Assembly: GCA_035759925.1 (NCBI GenBank)
Contig: DASTTY010000043.1
Span: 9,389-73,388, forward strand
DNA from: Solirubrobacterales bacterium
GTDB lineage: Bacteria > Actinomycetota > Thermoleophilia > Solirubrobacterales > 70-9
Direction of reading: 5' to 3'
DNA: 64,000 nucleotides
In this document: positions 27,697 through 38,499 of the stretch, one piece after another
Layout: the number at the start of each line of letters is the position of its first letter
How positions within the stretch are numbered: position 1 is the first letter of the stretch
The notes under the pieces: model-generated
Databases searched by the model: none
Told to the model about the DNA's origin: nothing
Seen by the model: the letters and a program-made list of their open reading frames with translations, nothing else
Program-made: the position numbers and the translations under genes

Positions 27697-29166
27697 ATGA
27701 ACCCACTGCAGGGCCTGAAGCATCTCTACGGTCGCTCGCGCCGCCTCCCCGTCCGGATCCGGATCGCGATCGTCTCGGCGACGCTGACGGCGGTGATCCT
27801 CATCGGCTTCGCCGCCGTCGTCGGCCGTCTCGTCACCAACCGCCTCCACACGGACTTCGAGAACGAGCTCCGCGGCCAGGCGGCGACCCTCGCCAACCGG
27901 ATCAGCTTGAACAACGCCGGCCAGCCGGTCGATCCCAACCTCGAGGAGGTCGCGCTGGCCAACGACGCCGAGATCCGGCTCGTCAGCGAGGACGGCCAGG
28001 TCGACATCGAGACTCCGAGCTCGACCGCGTTCCCACCGCCGGACACCTCGCGCGTGGTCTCCGCCGGACCGCTGCAGGTGGCCACCTCCCAGGTCTTCAG
28101 CACCAGCAACGACATCGGCGTGCCCCCGGCGACGTTCTACGTCCAGTACGCGCGCCCCGAGTCGTCGGTCGACGACACGATCGGCCGCCTCTGGTTGTTC
28201 CTCGCCGGCGGCGTCGCGATCGGCACCCTGCTCGCCGGCATCGCCGGGATGGCAGTCGCGACCCGGGCGATGCGGCCGATCTCGGCACTGACTGCGGCCG
28301 CGGGCGACATCGCGACCACGCGCGATCCGTCGCGGCGGATCCCCGAGCCCGAGAGCGACGACGAGGTCGCCGAGCTGGCCCGGACACTCGACCAGATGCT
28401 CCGCCAGCTCGACGCGGCCCGGTCGGAGACCGAGGCGACGGTCCAGCGCCAGCGCGAGTTCGTCGCCGACGCCTCGCACGAGCTGCGGACGCCGCTGACC
28501 AGCATCCTCGCCAACCTCGAGCTCCTCGATGCGGCGCTCGCCGCCGATTCGCGCTCCGACGACGACGAGGGTGCGGCCGTCGCCTCGGCACTGCGCAGCT
28601 CGAAGCGGATGAACCGGCTCGTCGGCGACCTGCTGCTGCTCGCCCGCGCCGACGCCGGGCGCATCGGGACGCGCGTCGAGTGCGATCTCGGGACGATCGC
28701 CTCGGAGGCGCTCGAGGAGGTCGCGCCGGTCGCCGACGGCCACCGCTTCAGCGCCGTGCTGGACGGATCCGCGCCTGTGAGCGGCAATCCCGACGAGCTC
28801 CACCGGATGATCCTGAACCTGCTCGAGAACGCGATCCGCCACACGCCGGAGGGCACCGCGATCGACGTCGGGCTCGCGATCGACGGCGACACCGCCCTGC
28901 TGACCGTCCGCGACGACGGACCCGGCCTGCCGGCCGGGATGGAGGATCAGGTCTTCGCACGCTTCGTCCGCGGTGAGGGGCCCGCCGACCGCAGCGCACG
29001 GAACGGCGCCGGCACCGGGCTGGGGCTGTCGATCGTCCGTGCCGTCGCGACTGCTCACGGCGGCACCGTCACCGCGGTCAACGGACCGGACGGCGGTGCC
29101 TGTTTCGAGGTCAGGATGCCGCTGGCGGCGGCCGCCGGCGACTCCGAATCGGTGATCCAGGTTTGA
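27697..29166 (+). CDS. sensor histidine kinase (TM-periplasmic loop-TM, HAMP, HisKA, HATPase_c)
   Basis: ATG 27697 lies 4 nt after the response-regulator stop; 489 aa. H-box ADASHELRTPLTSI. N/G boxes LLENAIRHTP and GTGLGLSIV. Confidence 0.85.
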   Translation: MNPLQGLKHLYGRSRRLPVRIRIAIVSATLTAVILIGFAAVVGRLVTNRLHTDFENELRGQAATLANRISLNNAGQPVDPNLEEVALANDAEIRLVSEDGQVDIETPSSTAFPPPDTSRVVSAGPLQVATSQVFSTSNDIGVPPATFYVQYARPESSVDDTIGRLWLFLAGGVAIGTLLAGIAGMAVATRAMRPISALTAAAGDIATTRDPSRRIPEPESDDEVAELARTLDQMLRQLDAARSETEATVQRQREFVADASHELRTPLTSILANLELLDAALAADSRSDDDEGAAVASALRSSKRMNRLVGDLLLLARADAGRIGTRVECDLGTIASEALEEVAPVADGHRFSAVLDGSAPVSGNPDELHRMILNLLENAIRHTPEGTAIDVGLAIDGDTALLTVRDDGPGLPAGMEDQVFARFVRGEGPADRSARNGAGTGLGLSIVRAVATAHGGTVTAVNGPDGGACFEVRMPLAAAAGDSESVIQV

Positions 29167-29223
29167 GCGAACTATTCGCGCACCTTGAGGGTGTCTTTAA
29201 CCACGGGGCCGAATATGGCCCGT

Positions 29224-29344
29224 GGACGAGACAACAGCCACCCGGTCCTCCCCCATAAGCCGACCGAGGTGGCACCTGATTGGCCAGCCTGAGCCAATTG
29301 CGAGCCCGCCGGATCCCCCTCCCTGATCCGGCGGGTCTCTTTTT
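29224..29344 (+). ncRNA. candidate small RNA resembling actinobacterial 6C RNA (two C-rich hairpin loops plus intrinsic terminator)
   Basis: Lies between the convergent kinase and rnj genes. Hairpin 29237-29273 has loop CUCCCCCAUAAGCC. Hairpin 29279-29298 follows. The terminator stem 29305-29335 has loop CCCCUCCCU and a U-rich tail. A possible -10 (GAATAT) is at 29211-29216. The 5' end is uncertain. Confidence 0.4.
29305..29344 (+). terminator. rho-independent terminator
   Basis: An 11-bp perfect GC-rich stem CCCGCCGGATC / GATCCGGCGGG with a 9-nt loop, followed by TCTCTTTTT. Confidence 0.7.
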
Positions 29345-29369
29345 GGCGGCCTCGGAGGCCGCCGGCCGG

Positions 29370-29416
29370 CGTCCTCGTCGGCTCACGTGCGAAGCACGCT
29401 TCGCCTCCTGCGTCCT
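29370..29416. repeat. conserved intergenic element, copy 1 (17-nt arm, variable hairpin, 19-nt arm)
   Basis: Reads CGTCCTCGTCGGCTCAC, then GTGC-GAA-GCAC, then GCTTCGCCTCCTGCGTCCT. Both arms are identical to copy 2 at 52765-52813 in the same orientation. Weaker similarity continues about 25-35 nt downstream. Confidence 0.8.
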
Positions 29417-29441
29417 TGGCCAGCGACCTCCGAGCCGCGTC

Positions 29442-29511
29442 AAAAGGCGGGATCCACGGGTCGTGGGCGGATTTGTACCCGCGGTGGGATCATTTCCGCC
29501 CACTGGATCCC
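29442..29511 (-). terminator. candidate terminator of rnj (long bipartite hairpin plus short U tract)
   Basis: Minus strand reads GGGAUCCA-GUGGGCGG, a 25-nt loop, CCGCCCAC-gacccg-UGGAUCCC, then gcc-UUUU. The U tract is short and 3 nt from the stem. Confidence 0.4.
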
Positions 29512-29547
29512 CCTGGCGCCCTCAACGCTGGGCGCGTCAGGGGCTGT

Positions 29548-31215
29548 TCAGACCTCGATGACGACCGGCAGGACCATCGGGCGGCGCTTGAGGCGCTTGT
29601 AGACGAAGGTCGCGACCGCGTCGTGGACGTCCTGGCGGATCAGCGCCGGCTCGCGGACGTGACCCTGCAGGCCCTCCTCGAGGCTGTCCTCGACGATGTC
29701 GGCGAGCTCGTCGATGAGACGCTCGCTGTCGTCGCCGGACTGCATCGGCACGCCGCGGAAGCTGATCTCGGGATCGGCTGCGACCTCGCCGTCCTCGACC
29801 GAGACGGTTGCGACGACGATCACGAGGCCGTCGGCCGAGAGCGTGCGGCGGTCGCGGAGGGCCGCATCGTCGGGCTCACCGAGCTCGAGCCCGTCGACGA
29901 AGATCATCCCGGCGCCGATGTCGTCGCCGAGCCGGGCGCCGTCGGCGTCGATCTCGAGCGGGATCCCGTTCCTGGTGCGGAAGATCCGGTCGTCGTCGAC
30001 CCCGACCGACTCGGCGAGCATCCCGTGCAGGCGGATCCGCTTGTAGTCGCCGTGCATCGGCATCACGTAGCGGGGCCGGGTCAGGTTGAGCATCAGCTTC
30101 ATGTCCTCCTGGTAGCCGTGGCCGGAGGCGTGGATCGGCGCGTCGGCGGCGGTGATCACCCGGGCGCCGATCTCGAAGATCCGGTCGATCGTCTCGTTCA
30201 CCGATCGCTCGTTGCCGGGCACCGGGGTCGCCGAGAAGACGACCGTGTCGCCGGAGTGAAGCGCGACGTCGCGGTGCTCGCCGTGGGCCATCCGCCGCAG
30301 CGCCGAGAGCGGTTCGCCCTGGCTGCCGGTCGAGATCGCGACCACCTCCTCGTCCGGGTAGTCCTCGATCTCGCGCGGCTGGATCAGCAGGCCCTCGGGA
30401 GCCTTCGCGATGCCGAGGTTGGAGGCGATGTTGAAGTTCTTGCGCATCGAGCGCCCGACGAGCGCGACCTTGCGGCCGAGCGCATCGGCCGCGTCGACGA
30501 CCTGCTGGACGCGATGAACGTTCGAGGCGAAGCAGGTGACGATGATCCGGCCTTCGCAGCGGGAGAACGTCTCCAGCAGCGCCGGCCCGACGCTCGCCTC
30601 CGACATCGCGACGCCGGGACGGTCGGCGTTGGTCGAGTCGCCGCAGAGGCACAGCAGGCCGTCGTCGCCGAGCCGGGCGAGCCGGGCGAAGTCGGCCGGG
30701 CGCCCGTCGACGGGCGTCTGGTCGAACTTGTAGTCGCCGGTGATCAGGATCGTCCCCAGCGGCGTGCCGACGGCGACCGCGCATGCGTCGGGGATCGAGT
30801 GCGACATGTGGACGAGCTCGATCTCGAAGTCACCGGCGGCGACCGGGCTTCCGGGAGCGAGGTCGCGGAGCGGCACGTCCCTGAGCTTGTGCTCCTCGAG
30901 CTTCGATCGGACCATCCCGATGGTCAACCGTCCCCCGTAGATCGCCGGCGGGATGCCGATCTCGCGGAGGACGTAGGGCAGGGCGCCGACGTGGTCCTCG
31001 TGGCCGTGGGTGAGGACGATCGCCTCGATGTCCTCGACCCGCCCACGCAGGTAGGAGAAGTCGGGCAGGACAAGGTCGATCCCGAGCATCTCCGCGGTCG
31101 GGAACATCAGCCCGGTGTCGATGATGACGATCCGGTCGTCGTACTCGACGACCGTCATGTTCTTGCCGATCTCGCCGAGCCCGCCCAGCGGCAGGATCCG
31201 CAGAGTGCCGCTCAC
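29548..31215 (-). CDS. rnj: ribonuclease J
   Basis: GTG 31215 inside the 1060-aa ORF; 555 aa. Metallo-beta-lactamase motif THGHEDHVGALP with beta-CASP and C-terminal domains. Start overlaps the dapA stop (GTGA). Confidence 0.9.
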   Translation of the reverse strand: MSGTLRILPLGGLGEIGKNMTVVEYDDRIVIIDTGLMFPTAEMLGIDLVLPDFSYLRGRVEDIEAIVLTHGHEDHVGALPYVLREIGIPPAIYGGRLTIGMVRSKLEEHKLRDVPLRDLAPGSPVAAGDFEIELVHMSHSIPDACAVAVGTPLGTILITGDYKFDQTPVDGRPADFARLARLGDDGLLCLCGDSTNADRPGVAMSEASVGPALLETFSRCEGRIIVTCFASNVHRVQQVVDAADALGRKVALVGRSMRKNFNIASNLGIAKAPEGLLIQPREIEDYPDEEVVAISTGSQGEPLSALRRMAHGEHRDVALHSGDTVVFSATPVPGNERSVNETIDRIFEIGARVITAADAPIHASGHGYQEDMKLMLNLTRPRYVMPMHGDYKRIRLHGMLAESVGVDDDRIFRTRNGIPLEIDADGARLGDDIGAGMIFVDGLELGEPDDAALRDRRTLSADGLVIVVATVSVEDGEVAADPEISFRGVPMQSGDDSERLIDELADIVEDSLEEGLQGHVREPALIRQDVHDAVATFVYKRLKRRPMVLPVVIEV

Positions 31216-32084
31216 GCGACGACCTCGAGGCCGACTGCTTCGAGCGCGCGCCGAACGACCTCGCGCTGGCCCTCGTCGAGTGGGACCATCGGGAGCCGCA
31301 TCCGCTCCGAGCAGATCCCGAGCATCTGTAGCGCGGCCTTGAGCGGCATCGGGTTCGTCGTCACTCCCAGCGCGTCGTAGATCGGCTGCAGGGAGGCGTC
31401 GATCTCGCGCGCACCGTCGAGATCCCCGGCCTCGAAGCGATCGCGGACTGCGGCCATCTGCGGGCCGACGAGATGCGACGCGACCGTGATCCCGCCGGTC
31501 CCGCCGATCTCGAGCGCACGGAGGAAGACGCCGTCGTTGCCCGCCAGCACGTCGAGGCCGGCGATCGCCTGTAGCTCGGCGTCGTTGGCCTGCTTGACCG
31601 CGACGACGTTGGCGATCCGGGCCAGCTCGGCGAGCAGCTCCGGCGGCATGTTGACCACCGTCCGCGAGGGGATGTTGTAGATCACGATCGGCTTCGCGGT
31701 GGCCGCGGCGACCGCGTCGACGTGGGCCCTGATCCCGGCCGGGTTCGGCTTGTTGTAGTACGGGGTGACGACCAGCATCGCGTCGGCGCCGGCCTCGTCG
31801 GCGGCCTTCGTGAGCGCGATCGAGTGCCTGGTGTCGTTGGTGCCGCTGCCGCAGACCAGCAACGCCTCCTGACCGACCTCGGCGCGTACTGCGCGCAGCA
31901 GGTCGATCTGCTCCTCGTCGCTCAGCGTCGCCGCCTCGCCCGTCGTGCCGGCGACGACGAGGCCGTCGGAGCCGTTCTCGAGCAGATGGACGGCGAGCTT
32001 CGCTGCGGCCGCGTAGTCGACGTCGCCGCTCGCGTCGAACGGCGTCGCCATCGCCGTCAGGACGCCGCTGAGCCGGGAAGCCAT
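31212..32084 (-). CDS. dapA: 4-hydroxy-tetrahydrodipicolinate synthase
   Basis: 290 aa. Motifs GTTGEA, IYNIPSRT and Schiff-base Lys context VVAVKQAN. Confidence 0.9.
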   Translation of the reverse strand: MASRLSGVLTAMATPFDASGDVDYAAAAKLAVHLLENGSDGLVVAGTTGEAATLSDEEQIDLLRAVRAEVGQEALLVCGSGTNDTRHSIALTKAADEAGADAMLVVTPYYNKPNPAGIRAHVDAVAAATAKPIVIYNIPSRTVVNMPPELLAELARIANVVAVKQANDAELQAIAGLDVLAGNDGVFLRALEIGGTGGITVASHLVGPQMAAVRDRFEAGDLDGAREIDASLQPIYDALGVTTNPMPLKAALQMLGICSERMRLPMVPLDEGQREVVRRALEAVGLEVVA

Positions 32085-32093
32085 GCGTTGAGG

Positions 32094-33593
32094 TTAGCCC
32101 GCGGCGGCGAAGACCGGAGGCGTTCGCTCCGCCCACGGCGCCGCCTTCTCGAGCTGCGCGGCGATCCTGATCAGCAGGTCCTCGCGTCCGAACGGCGCGA
32201 CGAACTGAGCTCCGACCGGCACGCCCTCCTCGGTCCAGTGGAGCGGGACATTGATCCCGGGCTGTCCGGTCAGGTTGAAGAGCGCCGTGAACGCTCCCGA
32301 GGGCAGACAGCGCTGATAGGCGGCGAGGCCCGGCTTCGAGGTGTCGATCTCGCCGAGCTTCGGGGCGACCTCGGCCATGGTCGGGGTCAGCAGCAGGTCG
32401 TAGCCGGACTCGAACCAGCCGGCCACCATCCGCGACAGCATCTGGTGGAGGCCGACGTCGAGCAGATAGCGGGCGCCGTCGCGCTCGTGGCCGATCTGAG
32501 CCATGTCCCAGGTGAGCCGCTCGACGTCGTCGGCGGTGACCGGCCGGCCGACGAGCAGCCCGAGCTGGGTCAGCGTCGCCGCCTGGCCGGCGGCCCAGCG
32601 GGTCAGGAACGTCTCCTCGAGGTCCGGTCCCCCCTCCCCCGTCGGCAGCACATCGGCGATCGAGCCGCCGTCGACGGAGTGGCCGAGGGACTCGCAGAGC
32701 TTCGCGGCGCTCGCAACCGCCTCCCGGCACGGCGCCGCGACCTCGACGCCCTCGATCAGTGCCTCGTCGAGGACACCGATCCGCAGGCCGCCGCTCTCGT
32801 CCTCGAGCTCGTCGGTGTACGGGCGAATCGGCGGCGGGGCAACGTAGGGATCGCCGGGAGCGGGCCCATGTACGGCTTCGAGGAGCCGCGCGGTGTCGCG
32901 CACCGACCGCGAAACGCAGAGCTCGACCGTCACTCCCGACATCACGTCGCCGACCAGCGGTCCTTCGCTGATCCGCTGCCGCGTCGGCTTCAGCCCGACG
33001 AGACCGCAGTTCGAGGCCGGGATCCGGATCGAGCCGCCGCCGTCGTTGGCGTGCGCCATCGGCACGATCCCGGCGGCGACGGCTGCGCCCGAGCCGCCGC
33101 TCGAGCCGCCGGGCGTCCGGGTGGTATCCCAGGGGTTCTTCGTCGCCCCGTAGGCGGCGGGCTCGGTCGTCGCGACGATCCCCAGCTCCGGCGTGTTCGT
33201 CTTACCGATCGTGACGAGGCCGGCGGTGCGGAACCGCTCGGCGAGCGTCGTGTCGACCGGCGAGTTGAAGCCGGTCTCCTTGAGCAGCTTCATGCCCAGG
33301 TGCAGCGGCTGCCCGGCGAAGGCCGCGCCGAGGTCCTTGAGCAGGAAGGGAACGCCCTTGAAGGGACCATCGGGGAGCGCGCCGGTCGCCTGCTCGCGGG
33401 CCTGCGACGAGAGGTCGTGGATGATCGCGTTGATCTCCGGGTTGACCCGCTCGGCGCGCTCGATCGCGGCGTCGATCAGCTCCGCCGGCTTCGCCTCGCC
33501 GGAGCTGACCAGCTCCGCCTGGGCGGTGGCGTCCATCCGTGCAAGCTCGTCGCTCAAGGTCGTTCCTTTCCTGGTGGTTTCGGGATCGGCCAT
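32094..33593 (-). CDS. amidase-signature (AS) family amidase
   Basis: 499 aa. Catalytic Lys context [11 protein letters not shown] motif [14 protein letters not shown]...GGSIRIPAS. Zero-nt gap to the dapB stop and 9 nt to the dapA start. Confidence 0.8.
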   Translation of the reverse strand: MADPETTRKGTTLSDELARMDATAQAELVSSGEAKPAELIDAAIERAERVNPEINAIIHDLSSQAREQATGALPDGPFKGVPFLLKDLGAAFAGQPLHLGMKLLKETGFNSPVDTTLAERFRTAGLVTIGKTNTPELGIVATTEPAAYGATKNPWDTTRTPGGSSGGSGAAVAAGIVPMAHANDGGGSIRIPASNCGLVGLKPTRQRISEGPLVGDVMSGVTVELCVSRSVRDTARLLEAVHGPAPGDPYVAPPPIRPYTDELEDESGGLRIGVLDEALIEGVEVAAPCREAVASAAKLCESLGHSVDGGSIADVLPTGEGGPDLEETFLTRWAAGQAATLTQLGLLVGRPVTADDVERLTWDMAQIGHERDGARYLLDVGLHQMLSRMVAGWFESGYDLLLTPTMAEVAPKLGEIDTSKPGLAAYQRCLPSGAFTALFNLTGQPGINVPLHWTEEGVPVGAQFVAPFGREDLLIRIAAQLEKAAPWAERTPPVFAAAG

Positions 33594-34286
33594 CTAATCC
33601 AGCAATGCCTCGAGGCCGACGGTGAGCGGCTCCGGAAGCGAGCCGACCCGGCGGCAGGCGAGCACGACGCCGGGCATGAACGAGCTCCGGTCGATCGAGT
33701 CGTGGCGGATCGAGAGCGTCTGTCCCTCGCCACCGAAGATGACCTCCTGGTGGGCGACGAGGCCGGGCAGGCGGATCGAATGGATCGGCTCGTGGACGTT
33801 GCCGCCGGCGGCGCGGATCAGCTCCGCGGTCCGGGCTGCCGTGCCGGACGGCTTGTCGAGCTTGCGATCGTGGTGGAGCTCGATGATCTCGACGTCGGGC
33901 ATCAGCGCCGCGGCACGCTGGGAGAGCTCCATGAGCAGGACCGCGCCGATCGCGAAGTTCGGGGCGACGAAGGCGCGGCCCCCCTCCCCCCCGTTCCAGT
34001 GTTCGGCGGCGCACTTGCGGAGCTTGTCGAGATCGAAGCCGGTGGTCCCGATCACGACGCTGACCCCCGCGTGCAGGCACTCGTGGGCGTTCGGGAGCGC
34101 CTGATCGGGGACGGTGAAGTCGACGACGACGTCGGCGTCGCCGATCACGTCGCCGAGCTCCGTTTCCAGCGCCGGGTCGGCCCTGCCGGTGAGCTCGAGC
34201 CCCTCGGCATCGGCGACGGCGTCGCAGACGGTGGCCCCCATCCGCCCGGCGGCACCCGCGACGGCTACTCGGATCGGTGCGGCCAT
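33594..34286 (-). CDS. dapB: 4-hydroxy-tetrahydrodipicolinate reductase
   Basis: 230 aa. Rossmann motif VAVAGAAGRMG and signature EIIELHHDRKLDKPSGTA. Confidence 0.9.
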   Translation of the reverse strand: MAAPIRVAVAGAAGRMGATVCDAVADAEGLELTGRADPALETELGDVIGDADVVVDFTVPDQALPNAHECLHAGVSVVIGTTGFDLDKLRKCAAEHWNGGEGGRAFVAPNFAIGAVLLMELSQRAAALMPDVEIIELHHDRKLDKPSGTAARTAELIRAAGGNVHEPIHSIRLPGLVAHQEVIFGGEGQTLSIRHDSIDRSSFMPGVVLACRRVGSLPEPLTVGLEALLD

Positions 34287-35566
34287 CAGCCGGCGAGGGC
34301 CGGGCTGATCGGCGCCACTGCCTTGCGGAAGCAGCCCTCATCGGCGCCGATGCAGGCCGCGGAGATGTTCTCGGCCGCGTAGAGCTCGGCGGCCAGCTCG
34401 GAGACGTCGTCGATCGTGACGGCGTCGATCTCGGCGATCACCTCATCGATGCCGAGCAGCGGCAGATCGAAGAGGACGGCGTTCGCGTTCCGGCTCATCC
34501 TTGCCGAGGTCGATTCGAGGACGAGCACGGTCCGGCCCTTGACGTGCTCCTTGGCGCGTTCGAGCTCCTCCAACCCGACCGGTCGGGAGCGCAGCGAGTC
34601 GAGCTCGCCGGCGATCACTTCGCAGGCCTCGGCGACGTTGTCCTCGCGGGTCCCGACGTACATCGCGACCGTTCCCTGGTCGGCGAACTGCGAGGAGTAC
34701 GAGCCGACCGAGTAGGCGAGGCCGCGCTTCTCGCGGACCTCTCGGAAGAGCCGTGAGGAGCTCGAGCCGCCGAGGATGGTGTCCATCACGTTGAGGACGT
34801 AGCGGCGCTCGTCGGCGCGACTGATCCCAGGCGCCCCGAAGCAGATGTGGTACTGCTCGGTCTCCTTCGGGTAGAAGCGCAGCCTGCCGCCGGCCGCGGG
34901 CGCGGCGCCGTTCGCGGCCGCCACCTCGCCCCGGTTCGGCGCCAGGTAACGATCGGCGAGCTCGACGATCCGCTCGTGCTCGAGGCTGCCGCTCGCCGAG
35001 ACGACGATGTTCGAGCTCACGTAGCGGGCCTCGTGGTAGGCGGCGATCTCGGGGATCGGGATCGATCCGATCACGTCGGCGGTGCCGAGGATCCGCCGTC
35101 CGAGCGGCGCATCGCCGTAGATCGCGTCGGCGAGGACGTCGTGGACCCGGTCGGAGGGCTCGTCCTCGTACATCGCGATCTCCTCGATGACGACCTGCCG
35201 CTCCGAGTCGATGTCGGGGAAGGTCGGCTTCAGGAACATCTCGGCGAGCAGGTCGATCGCCTTCTCGGTGTGCTCGTCGAGGAACCGCGAGTAGAGCTGG
35301 GTCGTCTCCTTGCTGGTCGCCGCGTTCGTCGCGGCGCCGAGCCCGTCGAAGTACTCGGAGATCTCGATCGCCGAGTAGCGCTTCGTCCCCTTGAAGAGGA
35401 GGTGCTCGAGGAAGTGCGAGACGCCTGCCTGTCCCGGCGTCTCGTCACGCGAGCCGGTCCGGACCCATAGCCCGAGGGCGACCGAGCGGACCGACGGCAC
35501 GGTCTCGGTGACGACCCTGAGGCCGCCACCGAGCTCGGTCAGCTCGACGCCTTCGGGAAGGGACAC
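34286..35566 (-). CDS. M16-family zinc peptidase (PepR-like)
   Basis: 426 aa with GTG start. Inverted zinc motif HFLEH in GVSHFLEHLLFKGT. Lies downstream of pnp, as in other Actinomycetota. Confidence 0.85.
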   Translation of the reverse strand: MSLPEGVELTELGGGLRVVTETVPSVRSVALGLWVRTGSRDETPGQAGVSHFLEHLLFKGTKRYSAIEISEYFDGLGAATNAATSKETTQLYSRFLDEHTEKAIDLLAEMFLKPTFPDIDSERQVVIEEIAMYEDEPSDRVHDVLADAIYGDAPLGRRILGTADVIGSIPIPEIAAYHEARYVSSNIVVSASGSLEHERIVELADRYLAPNRGEVAAANGAAPAAGGRLRFYPKETEQYHICFGAPGISRADERRYVLNVMDTILGGSSSSRLFREVREKRGLAYSVGSYSSQFADQGTVAMYVGTREDNVAEACEVIAGELDSLRSRPVGLEELERAKEHVKGRTVLVLESTSARMSRNANAVLFDLPLLGIDEVIAEIDAVTIDDVSELAAELYAAENISAACIGADEGCFRKAVAPISPALAG

Positions 35567-35578
35567 CCCCGTCGGCTC

Positions 35579-37834
<2,256 letters not shown>

Positions 37835-37856
37835 GTATTTCGTTGTTCCTTCCGGT

Positions 37857-37910
37857 GGCCGTCGCTTCCGTGATCGGCGCGGGAGAAATGGGACCCGCGA
37901 GGTGACGGCC
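37857..37910 (-). promoter_or_regulatory. structured element in the pnp 5' leader (nested hairpin just upstream of the SD)
   Basis: Minus strand reads GGCCGUC-acct-CGCGGG-loop-CCCGCG-...-GACGGCC, then GGAAGGA SD and ATG 37834. Position is analogous to known pnp leader hairpins. Not aligned to any model. Confidence 0.3.
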
Positions 37911-37980
37911 GTGTGATTTCGGATTGATTTGCGGGCGAGAGGTTACAGATGCCGCCGTCCCCTGCCCCCGCGGTCGGCGC

Positions 37981-38493
37981 TCAGCGGGTCGCCAGCCCCC
38001 GGAGGGCGCCCACGAGCTCGCCCGCCAGCGAGGTCCCGGAGGCGAAGCCGGCCGGCGTCGCGGTAACGCCGGCGCTGATCCCGCTCCGGAAGTCGCGCCG
38101 CACCCGCTCGGCCACCGGGTCGCTGCGGCGATCGCGCTGGAAGCGGTCGAGGTCGAGCCCGAGCGCCTCCACGCGCTTCCAGAGGTGTGGGTCGTCGACG
38201 TGCGCCCGGTCGGCGAGCAGCGAGTCCCAGAACTCCCAGAACCCATCCTCGGACTGCATCGCGACCGCCTCCGCCGCGGCGTGCAGGACCGGCGAGCGCG
38301 GCCGCCGGCTCGCGACCGGGAAGTGGCGCACGCAGAGCTGCAGCGGCAGCGCCGCGATCTCCTCCCAGGTACCCGCGCAGCGCGGGCAGGCGAGGTCGAG
38401 GTAGAGGACGACCCCGGGTCCGCGGCCGCGGACGTGATCGTCGGGGCCGGGCGGGGGGACGGCGGCGCTCCCCAGCGAGGAGGTCCCGCCCAT
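37981..38493 (-). CDS. cytoplasmic DsbA-family thiol:disulfide oxidoreductase (CPRC active site)
   Basis: 170 aa with no signal peptide. Thioredoxin-fold motif LDLACPRCAG and DsbA-like helical insert. Confidence 0.7.
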   Translation of the reverse strand: MGGTSSLGSAAVPPPGPDDHVRGRGPGVVLYLDLACPRCAGTWEEIAALPLQLCVRHFPVASRRPRSPVLHAAAEAVAMQSEDGFWEFWDSLLADRAHVDDPHLWKRVEALGLDLDRFQRDRRSDPVAERVRRDFRSGISAGVTATPAGFASGTSLAGELVGALRGLATR

Positions 38494-38499
38494 GCCGGG

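Noticed and set aside
29167-29547. The sRNA region, considered as SRP RNA, 6S RNA, tmRNA, RNase P RNA or a tRNA.
   Set aside because: I could find none of the conserved cores: no SRP domain IV GGAA/AGCA motif, no T-loop GGTTCGAATCC-like sequence, and no tmRNA tag ORF. No tRNA-like T-arm was seen anywhere in the window.
29280-29561. ORFs 29280..29561 and 52707..53024, which share the peptide RFASCVL, considered as a conserved small protein.
   Set aside because: The shared peptide comes from the 19-nt identical arm only. The 17-nt arm is read in different frames in the two copies because the central hairpin differs in length (11 versus 13 nt). The rest of each ORF is unrelated.
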